64,000 nt of DNA from Mizuhopecten yessoensis (Eukaryota). Each line of letters opens with the position of its first letter. The first letter of the stretch is position 1. The translations under genes were made by a program, and so were the position numbers. This document shows positions 15,101 to 27,100 of this stretch, in pieces. The notes under the pieces were generated by a model that saw only the letters and a program-made list of their open reading frames with translations, had not been told where the DNA came from and searched no databases. The stretch is from NCBI RefSeq assembly GCF_002113885.1, contig NW_018404097.1, positions 285,364-349,363 of the forward strand, written 5' to 3'.

Positions 15101-18100
15101 TTCAGGAGTTACCTAGTTCTGGAACCAGCGTCATCTCAAGGATTGGCTCCACTAGAGTAGGGATGAAGTATTTCTTGTTCACTCCTAAAAAAATAAAAAT
15201 ATTGTTACCAATGATAATGTAGATACAGCTTGTGATCACCATTGACTGTGTAATTACAATGTATAATTTCCATTATGACTGATCACCATTAACTGTAATT
15301 ACAATGTATAATTTCCATTACGACTGATCACCACTGACTGTAATTACAATGTATAATTTCCATTACGACTGATCACCATTAACTGTAATTACAATGTATA
15401 ATTTCCATTAAGACTGATCATCTTATATTACTTTAGTTGTTTTAAGGGTATTTCTCCTTACAAGTTTGTACATTCATTGATATAAACAATTGAATTATTC
15501 CACGTTATCAATGGTATGTTTCAGAGAGAAAATTATGTAATAACTTAACAACTAAATGGTTGTTGGTAAAACACATTTACTGCATGTGTATTTTGGGATT
15601 TAAGACTTTTAAAAATCACCTGGAAATGTGAAATTATATCTATACATGTATTAGATAAATATTGCTGACACAAACATTGTATATAACACACACAAAAATC
15701 TTACACACATCTCATAACATCATAAAGTTATAGAATGCTGATCTATTGGTGTTGCCATAGTAACCGGTTGCTTACCTAATCTTGACCACATCTGACGTAT
15801 TTCAAATCCCATTTCACGTCGCATGTCACTGTACCTAAAGAAAACAGCATAACAGAGACAATTTAGCTCATTCATCCCTGAAATTTCATAATGAACTATT
15901 CCAACCTTTGAAATGGAAGAGTTCAAATGTGTCTTCAGGGGTGAATGAGTTTATATATTGAACACAACTGATTGAATACATATCAGTAAGGAATATGAAC
16001 ATGTCAAAATAAAACGCTAACCAGTCCACCACTGTTAGATTAGAGTTCTTAAAGCTTGGTATATGACAGTGTCAGGAGTAAATAACACTTGTGATTAGTT
16101 AATATGCACGGAGATCAACAGGCAGGATATTCATGACCATACTAACTTTTGATTGGATATCAGACACATGATTTTCCCAAACAATCTTTAACAATCTTGA
16201 AAACAATGTTTCAAATAATGTTTTGACAACAGCAAATTGTTACAACATAAATAATGACCTTGAACTTATTTCACCGTAAGATATACTGACCTTGACACAA
16301 TTTTGTTGCGCTTGGAGACGGAGAACTGCTCCAGCTGTAGATGGCGCTGCGTGAGGAAGGCTATTGCACAATGGAAGAAACAGCTCCACAACTGAAACAC
16401 AACAGGTATTGTTATAGGTTGTCAGGCTAACATCATGGAGATGACCGTGAAAATTAGTGAACAAAATGTAAATTAGCACAATCAAGTTTTAATTTGAAAT
16501 TTAAATGACTTGAAGCCAGCAAATGTTCTTAACCTAATCAAATTATCGTATTGATGTTTGACCTAAAATTTTACTGATTGAATTACCTGTTCCTCAAATG
16601 ATGAAGTGAACTTTTCACAGATAGTCTGGGCAAAGAACCTCAAAGCTCGGAGAATGATGCTGTAAAATAGATATAGCAAATATATCATAGGTTCTTTACA
16701 ATCAAATATTTCTTTTACACAATTAGATGCACAATTGACTTGCTCTAGAAAAATGACCAGATATTGGGTAAATAAATATATATCACTTCTTGAAAGACAA
16801 TAACCACAACTGCATGAAATATCATATAAAGAACTGTAGTAATTAAAGGTTTTCTAAAAACATTGTGTGTTACATATTTCTGTGGCAAATATAAACTGTA
16901 TTTTATTTTACCTGTCATAACTGTTGTCCTCAGAAAAAAAGTACTTGTCTTATTCAAAAATCAAATCCTATAGTCAGGACAGGAAAAACCTTTATAAGAT
17001 AATGGGATCTAATTAATATTGAAAACAGAAATACCTACAAATGACTTCTCAACTGTTAATTGTCACTGAAGAAATCACTGACCTGTTCTGAAGCATGATC
17101 ATGGCTAGCCAGTCACGTGCAAACACATTTTCTTTGATGAGGACCTGGAACAGCGTAAGGATCTCCATGAGGAAGTCCTGTAAGTCAGTGAGGAAGGAAA
17201 ACTCCCGGATATAATGAAGGTAGTGGTTCTCTGTCATCTTTCTCAGTATGGACATCAGGACAGCCACACAGCGACTCTGTTTAGATGACACAATTTACAG
17301 ATTTAATTACAGACGTCAGGACAGACACACAATGACTCTGTTTGGACGACACAATGTACAGATTTAATTACAGACGTCAGGACAGACACACAATGACTCT
17401 GTTTGGACAACACAATAGACAGATTTAATTGCAGACGTCAGGACAGACACAACCAGACTCTGTTTGAACGACACAATAGACAGATTAAGTTAGACATCAG
17501 CACAGAAACACATCCACTCTGTTTGGATAACACAATAGTCAGATTTATTTACAGAGGTCAGGACAGACACAACCCGACTCTTTTCGGACAATATGATAGT
17601 CTGATTTGAGCAGACATAAGTTAAGCAACACATTGACCTTAGGATGTGATGGAGAATGTTCAGGGGTCCCGATAGGGGAGGTGTTAAGGTCCTAATGATG
17701 AGGGGCAAAGGTCTTCATAGGGGAGATCAGTGCAAAGGTCCTGAGGGTGAGGGGCAGAGATCCTTATGGGGATGTGCAGGGCTATGTTTATTACTCAGCC
17801 AACAGATAAACATAGACACTTAAAATGAAACAACAAATACATTTATTAAATCTCTTTAAAAAGACAATAAATACCAACACCCTTACACAGTGAAACACTA
17901 GGAGGTGGCATAGCTGACATTTTTTTTCCATCATGAAACAGTCTTTTAACTCAATTTTTTTTTTTATCAAATCTAGATTTATTCAATTTTCATATTTTGT
18001 GCCTATAGTTAAAATTGTCTGTGCATTAAAAAAACCTTATTTTGTTGAAAACATATTAAAATTTTATAAAATTTTGAACTTTAATCGAGAGGTAATTGCC

Positions 18101-21100
18101 AAGCCCTACATATAGAGTGATGTAAACCCACACACATCCACTGACCAGATCTGTATAATGCTTGCTGCACTAGCTATAGTACAGCAACATTGTACAGTCT
18201 CCATGGACTTCTATAACTGTCCAAGATGGCATCTATCACAAAACTTATTTATATAGGCATAGTCTGAGGTTTCTGATAGCTCTCACATACATACATGTAT
18301 ATAGTATAGAGTATAGATTAACTTGAACTGTAAGCCAAAACTAATACCCCCCGCTCTGACATGAAATTGGTCAAACTGGAAATATAGTATACACTGTAAT
18401 GTGTATTCATTGATGTCAGTACTTCTACATACATGGCTTGTTTCATGTATGTTTTGTTTAGTCATGATTTTTTTATGTCAAAAAAATGCACTTAAATGTT
18501 CATGTACATTTTGTATCTTTCTTTGTTGCTTATTACAAAAATATATATATGTGCTTTGGCAGGTCTATTTCCTGTGCTGTGTCCATCTTGATATCATAGC
18601 TAGTCATATGCATCTCTATGCAAGTTGTTGATATATTTATGCTAATGAGTGGGGTAGATTTTGACCAATCAGCATTATCCCCTAGAGGGGTATTAGTATT
18701 GACAGCACCCTATTCATTCTTTGTTTTTGGCGGATTATCATCGTTTGTTTTTATGCACCCACCCACCGTCCCCAGATTCACCTATATGTATTTTATTTTT
18801 TATTTTTTCACATGCTGTGACCTGTCTTTTCCTGTATATTGCATTGTTCCTTATATTGTTAGGTGGGCTACTCACTCTTTGTAATTTATTCTTTAAACCA
18901 GGTTTTAATTCCAGGCTTTTAATTCCAGGCTTTTAATTCCAGGGGAATTTTACCCCCAATACTTTATTAATTGAAATATTATTCATTTACTATGTCAGTA
19001 GCTTCTATATATGTATCATCATCTCCAGGAATTCTTAGAGTCAAGTCGCTTCTCTGCAGCTCAGTAGAGTCAAGTTTCTTCTCTAGGTCTATTCGATTTC
19101 AAGTCTTAGAGTCAAGTCGCTTCTCTGTAGTTCAGTAGAGTCAAGCTTCTCCTCTAGGTAAGAATATTCTATTTCTCATCTTCTCCATAAATTTACTTAA
19201 GAGTCAAGTTGCTTCTGTGGAGTTTCGGCAGAGTCAAGCCTCTTCTCTAGGTGTCTTTTTGGAGTCTTGATGTTAAATTTTAAGTTTAAGTTGTATTAAG
19301 GGTATGTTAATTAGCAAGTAGAGAGTAGCCCCTGATATGCCAAATGTTAATAATGTATACATGTACTTCTTAGTGTATCTTATTCATGTTTTTCGCTAAC
19401 ATGTGTAATAAACAGATAAACTGTTTATCGTGTTTTAGCTGTATATAAATGATTGGTTAGAGCCCCTGCCACGCCCACCTACAGTGAAACATTGACTTGT
19501 TCAGGCAGTACATTTGTAGAAGTAAACTTACTGAGGTATACACATGTATAGGTGGTTTAAATAGTACAGGTGATATAAACCGAAAATTTAAAACATTTGG
19601 AGTAAAGATTGCTGCTCTAATACAATGATAAATGAACGGCTCACATATTGTAGTGTTGAGGTAAGTGAGAACCCACGGCATGCTCACATATAAACAACTA
19701 GTGTAATGCCCTTTAGTACATGTCTGTATATTTAAACCCTTCTGGTTGAAAATGTTCACGTTTATTTTTACGTCATTCATCTTTCATCTAATCCTGTTTT
19801 AACTTCAATGATAACAAACATTATTGTAACTATGACGTGAATAACGTAAGTAGCGACATAATTAACACACTGGAAGTGTTAACGTGAACTGTGTATGGCC
19901 CACACTGATGGTTGACTTATAGCATGCATTTCTTTCACGAAAACATGCATTCCTTACAACCATGATTCTGTAGATGTACATCTGTTTTCATCATTTTGAC
20001 CCCTAACCTCTCATCCCCTGAATATGGCCTTTAACTATACTTTTGACCTTTAACCCTTTCTTTTATGAACTATATTTCTCCTTATGAATTACCCCTGATA
20101 TAAGAATGCAATAATTCAATTTATTATCCATGCATCAAAATTGTTCAGGGCATGATACAATTTATATCATTCCAACATCGTTGTCCCCTCCCTATACACT
20201 TAACCTGTTTTCTTTCGACTCCAACTCGCCTATTAAAAACCATGAGCTGTTATGACCCCTATTCCTCCTGCTTATGACCTCTTACCTTCCTTTTGACCTC
20301 TAGTCCTGTTATAACAGCTAACCAGCCTTATGACCTCTTACCTTCCTTTTGACCTCTAGTCCAGTTATAACAGCTAACCAGACTTATGACCTCTTACCTT
20401 CCTTTTGACCTCTAGTCCAGTTATAACAGCTAACCAGACTTATGACCTCTTCCCTTCCTTTTGACCTCTAGTCCTGTTATAACAGCTAACCAGGCTTATG
20501 ACCTCTTACCTTCCTTTTGACCTCTAGTCCAGTTATAACAGCTAACCAGACTTATGACCTCCTACCTTCCTTTTGACCTCTAGTCCTGTTATAACAGCTA
20601 ACCAGGCTTATGACCTCTTACCTTCCTTTTGACCTCTAGTCCAGTTATAACAGCTAACCAGACTTATGACCTCTCACCTTCCTTTTGACCTCTAGTCCTG
20701 TTATAACAGCTAAACAGACTTATGACCTCTTACCTTCCTTTTGACCTCAAGTCCTGTTATAACAGCTAACCAGACTTATGACCTCTTCCCTTCCTTTTGA
20801 CCTCTAGTCCTGTTATAACAGCTAAACAGACTTATGACCTCTTACCTTCCTTTTGACCTCTAGTCCAGTTATAACAGCTAACCAGACTTATGACCTCCTA
20901 CCTTCCTTTTGACCTCTAGTCCTGTTATAACAGCTAACCAGACTTATGACCCCCTAACCCTTCTCATCACTTTTGAACTACATTCCTTGTGACATATAAC
21001 CTTCCTATTTGACCGCTAATCCTCTTGTTTAAGACTTCTAACACCCAAAGAACTAGTTGTTTTAAAAATTCATACTATAAACCTAGTTATAGTATCACAA

Positions 21101-24100
21101 TATCTTATTAAACCATAGTCAACATGTCAGTTATATCTTATCATTTTCTTTAATCATTAGTAAACACATATAAATAAAGCTGTAACGAATACACATTAGT
21201 GCTTGAGAACAGTGCTCATGTAATAAAACAACATTACCACTAACCAGTACAATGCATTCACATATTAGTTCAGTACTCCTATTCTCCTAAACATGGAATA
21301 CAATACCAATATTTAAGACGATAAAACCAAATAAAAACACCACAATAAAAGTTTCCTCGTCTTTATTACCATACCACTACCGTATAGTGTCGTGTCCTTA
21401 TAACACTCTACAATTGGGTACTGTTAAACATCTAACTCCCATACTGATTTTTATTTTTAAATTTTACCATAAAAGGTTTTTGGATTATCATTGTCTATTC
21501 CACATTCAGAATTACATAAGAAGTTCCAGGTTTGCACAAAAAATGTAATCATACATGATTTCAGTTACGTATACTTCCTCATAAGTAGAAAATGTTCATT
21601 TACCTCATAAGAACAAAGGAATGTTTACAGTTATGTGATCATTATCAAAGAAATGTTTAGTTACCTGATCAGGATCAAAGAAATGTTTAGTTACCTGATA
21701 AAGATCAAAGAAATGTTTAATTTCCTGATGGTATGCAAGAAATGTTAAGTTACCTGATCAACATCAAAGAAATGTTTAATTTCCTTATTGGGATTGAAGA
21801 AATGTTTATTTACCCGACATAATTTCAATGATACCTTTATAAAATGTACTGACTTGTTAACATCATTACCTTGATTTGTTTATATCTGAATTCATATAAT
21901 CTCCTTTACATTAACATGTGTTGTAATATCACGTATCTGTTGATAAAATAGATCAAATATTTGTTATCTGAGAGATAAACAGAAAATAAGAAAACAATTT
22001 TCCTTTTAAGAAAAGCGAGGAACAAAAGCTAAAGGATACAACAGAGACAAAATAGCTGTTTTACCGTGCAGGAATTAGGTTTTTTGCTGCGTTGAAATAA
22101 CAAATTTATTGGCATTGAAATTAGAACTTGAACGGTACAGAAATTAGATGTTTTACAGTGAAGAAAAAGCATCAACAGAAGGCATGCTGGTTAAGTTATG
22201 ACAACCAATCAAATCAGCGATATGTTCTACACTTGTTGACCTTGATCATGACCTTGGAATGGTCTTGTGTTACATTGATCTACCATATATTGACAAATGA
22301 GTAGTTTGCTTGCCATAAACACCACAACATATACAGCTAATGGTGAAAATCTTACCTCGGTTCTTCTCTGAAAGTAATATTATTGTATAGGTAAGTATAT
22401 ACATGCTGAAAAAGTGTTAGTGAAAAGTCTTTATGTAATTGGGACAATCATGGTTCAGGCTTTTATTGGCTAAATGTCAAGTTTGTTTGTACTGACAGAA
22501 TGTGCGGTCTCTCAAAACAGGTCCTATTATACTGATAAAACAGTACTTTCAGAAGACAGGTTCTACTCTCAAGACAGGTACTACCCTATTTAGGGCTGGT
22601 CTCTCAAGACAAGTTTTAAATGTACTACCATATTTATCCTGCAATAGACCCATTCTTAGTAATAATCCCACCAATATATATTACAGTTAGAAAGAAATGC
22701 CAACAAAAGTCTGGTAATAAGCCAATCCCCATGCTTTCAGTCAGAGATTATGTGTTGTCCTGTAATAAGCCCCTCCCCCTACTTTCAGTCAGAGATTATG
22801 TGTTGTCCTGTAAGCCCATCCCCGTACTTTCAGTCAGAGATTATGTGTTGTCCTGTAAGCCCATCCCCTACTGTCAGTCAGAGATTATGTGTTGTCCTGT
22901 AATAAGCCCATCTACTACTTTCAGTCAGAGATTATGTGTTGTCCTGTAATAAGCCCCTCCCCCTACTTTCAGTCAGAGATTATGTGTTGTCCAGTAATAA
23001 GCACATCCCCCTACTTTCAGTCAGAGATTATGTGTTGTGCTGTAATAAACCCATCCCCCTTCTTTCAGTCAGAGATTATGTGTTGTCCTGTAAGCCCATC
23101 CCCGCACTTTCAGTCAGAGATTATGTGTTGTCCTGTAAGCCCATCCCCGTACTTTCAGTCAGAGATTATGTGTTGTCCTGTAATAAACCCATCCCCCTTC
23201 TTTCAGTCAGAGATTATGTGTTGTCCTGTAATAAGCCAGATCCCTACTTTCAGTCAGAGATTATGTGTTGACCCCCTGGCCATGGGCTTATTGCAGGATA
23301 AATACGGTAACAAAATTGGTGGCTCTTTAAGATATATTCTGCTGTCTTGATAGAATGAGTTTAAATCACAATTGTGATCAGAATCTATTATATGTAATGG
23401 TGTACATAAAATTTCATTATCATGTAATCACAAAAAGATCATCTGAAATGTGAAATATAACGTATTACAGAAAAATAAAAGCACTATTTAATATGGATCT
23501 CTCAAAAAACCTCTTTGATTAAAGCCAAGACTGTATGTGCTATGGTGCTTCAGACATCAGAAGTAATCAGTGTACAGATAGTAGTTAGATGTAGTAGGGG
23601 GTTAGCTCAGAATATAGGCGAAATACAGACCATCTCACTAATGCAGTTAATTTTCAAAAACACTAAAAGTATTTAGAAATTAGAACAAGGAAATAATAAC
23701 GGTAATTCTTGTGTCTGATTGAGACAAGGTACTCAATACTGTATCCAACCTAATAAGTGCCCCGATATACGCATCCCATCCCATCACCATAACTTACCAA
23801 CTTGCTCAAGGAAAAAAGGGTTTATCATGGTTATTGTTTGGTAAGTTTGGACAGTTCTGCAATCATTCTTGTTTTCACACATTGTTAAGTGGCCAGGGCG
23901 CTTATTACAAGTAGGCTGAATACAGAAGCTATTTGCATAAACATTCTTACTTACACAAGTAATAGCCTAGTTCTCTACTAAATAAATGCCAGGAACAATA
24001 ATTCTAGTCCTAAGCATACATGACAAATATCAAACTTTTCCTAGACAAGAAATACAGTCCAGAATATGACAATTGGCATTATATAAGCCACTAACAGTAT

Positions 24101-27100
24101 GAACTAACATCTAGTATTTATGGGACAAGTCTACACAGAACTGCGACCTACCGCCTCTTTGGAAGTCTTGTCCATACACACAGCTGAGCGGATCACAATC
24201 CTCAGGTTTTCCTTCATGATCAGACCTATATCATTGCTGTGGGGGCCCTGAAAATACACCAACAGATAACATTTCATCAGCTCTGCTGTTTAAAACTCAT
24301 CTCAGGAGAGATTGAGGGAAGGCAGTTGGAAGGGATAAGGTTGGAGATACATTTATACAAACTTTATTTTGCACTGTAAATTGACAGGTTGAGGGGCCAT
24401 AAGGGGCCAGGATTTGGTTAGACCTGGGAGGAAGATGAGGAAGAGAGGGGATATGTGGAAAAGAAAGATAATCATGCAGGGTGGAGGGGGGGGGGGATTG
24501 AAAAGTGTGAGGTAAGAGGGAGTTAGGGGAAGAGGAAAGGTAGGATTAAGGTGAGGTGTGTGAGGGTGGGAGGTAACAGAGGGGGAGGAGGCGGGAATAC
24601 CTACCGTGCTCTTGTCATGCATCTGATCCATGACATTGCTGAGTACATTTACACAATCCTCCAGTTCCTCCTGATCCTCCAGTAAAGGACCTGTGTGTTT
24701 CAGAATCATAGGCAGCAAGATAGCACGGCAATCTGAAACAAGCATATCCATGGTAACACAGAGACACAAATAGTATCCAGGGTAACATGATATAGAGACA
24801 CTGAACATATTGATCTCCATGGTAATGAAATATACTGAAACTCACTGATCTCCGTGGTAATGAAATATATTGAAACTCACTGATCTCCATGGTAATGAAA
24901 TATACTGAAACTCACTGATCTCCATGGTAATAAAATATACTGAAACTCACCGGTCTCCATGCTAATGAAATATACAGAAACTCACTGATCTCCATGGTGA
25001 AAAGATACAGTGACACTGAAACATTGATCTCCATGGAAACATGATACACTAGAGACTAAACTGTGGATTTCTATGGTAGCTAGATATTAAGAAACAAACA
25101 TTCATCTCAATGATAACACTATATCTGGACAGTTTGAAATACTCATTGGTTTCATTTATTACAAAACAAGATCAATATCAATATATTTGGTCTCCAGTAA
25201 CTCCGAGAACATCTCCAACATTGGTTGTCATAGTTACAAGATCATGTGTCTGAAACGAGGTCACCTTAATTTTTATGTATTGTTTGATGGCCCCTTGTAA
25301 ATTAAAGCATGTTTGGGTAAAAGACTGCGTTAAGCACAATGACGTACCTGCTGATTTAAATAACACACTATATACAAGGTCATCTATACACTTCAACTTC
25401 TGTTTCGTCAGTCGTTCTTTTGGCACATTGTTGATGAATTCTACCATCAATTTACTGAAATGTAAAGTCAATAACATGTTCACAGATTATCTATCTAGTA
25501 ACACTGTTGATTTATATTTATATAGTTACATCCTTATTCTCACAGAGTTTTGTATATTTATGACAATCGTATTAAATGCAAATTCTTTCTAACCATACCT
25601 GCTTTGTATATTCATAGTTATACATATCAACATGTGTGTAAAATGTGTGAGACATACCTGAGCTCCAGTGGGTCAAACACATGCATGATGTCAGGTATAG
25701 CGGAGCACAGGTACTTCAGAGCTGAGCCCTGGTAAAAAATACCAACAAAATAGTAAGTATTAAAACCAACAACATACATGATAAGTGTTAAAATCAAAAT
25801 CAATACTGAGTGTTACAATGTAAGATCAATACTTTGTAAGACAAGGCAAGTTTCTCTTAAACAAGAAATTGCTAATTGATCCCTTTTTATACTTGTCACA
25901 CTCACTGACGAAATAATGAATCAAAGGTTACATCTTACACAGGGTATCATCACACCACACAGGAGGCTAACTCAATGTTGGATGACTTGTTTTCAAAATA
26001 CAAAGAAAACTAGGTTATGAAAGCTTAAATTTCGGCGTTTTATGTGCTTATTTCATACCAAAGAGTTACAGGTACTAAAGAGTTCCAACAAGAACAGTAA
26101 CTGCTGTTTACCTGGGCTAGGAGTGTGTTGTCACTGGTGTATAACATCATACCACTGATGGCCTGGATTAACTGTTTCATCTGTAGCTCAAACAGCTGTT
26201 TACCTCGGCCATCATTCAACCTGAAATATCAATTATCCAAATTAACTTTGCTTAATGGATATTTCTATTCCGTTTACAGAACAGTTACAGTAGAGAATGT
26301 CCAAAAGTATCTCTCTATTTACAGACCAGTTACTGTAGAGAATGTCCAAAAGTATCTCTCTATTTACAGACAAGTTACTGTAGAGAATGTCCAAAAGTAT
26401 CTCTCCATTTATAGAACAGTTACTGTAGAGAATGTCCAAAAGTATCTCTCCATTTACAGACCAGTTACTGTAGAGAATGTCCAAAAGTATCTCTCTATTT
26501 ACACAAAGTATCTCTCTATTTACAGACCAGTTACTGTAGAGAATGTCCAAAAGTATCTCTCTATTTACAGACAAGTTACTGTAGAGAATGTCCAAAAGTA
26601 TCTCTCCATTTACAGACCAGTTACTGTAGAGGATGTCCAAAGGTATCTCTCCATTAACAGAACAGTTACTGTAGAGAATGTCCAAAAGTATCTCTCCATT
26701 TACAGAGCAGTTACTGTAGAGAATGTCCAAAAGTATCTCTCTATTTACAGACAAGTTACTGTAGAGAATGTCCAAAAGTATCTCTCTATTTACAGACAAG
26801 TTACTGTAGAGAATGTCCAAAAGTATCTCTCTATTTACAGACAAGTTACTGTAGAGAATGTCCAAAAGTATCTCTCCATTTACAGAGCAGTTACTGTAGA
26901 GAATGTCCAAAAGTATCTCTCTATTTACAGACAAGTTACTGTAGAGAATGTCCAAAAGTATCTCTCCATTTATAGACCAGTTACTGTAGAGAATGTCCAA
27001 AAGTATCTCTCCATTTATAGAACAGTTACTGTAGAGAATGTCCAAAAGTATCTCCATTTACAGACCAGTTACTGTAGAGGATGTCCAAAAGTATCTCTCC

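Noticed and set aside
21870-21967. Possible extra exon (strong acceptor, AAG|GTAATG donor)
   Set aside because: Stops in all three frames and 98 nt long; at most a poison exon, unsupported.
24430-24600. G-rich purine tract beside the exon 28 donor
   Set aside because: Low-complexity sequence; G-quadruplex potential is on the template strand and there is no further evidence of function.
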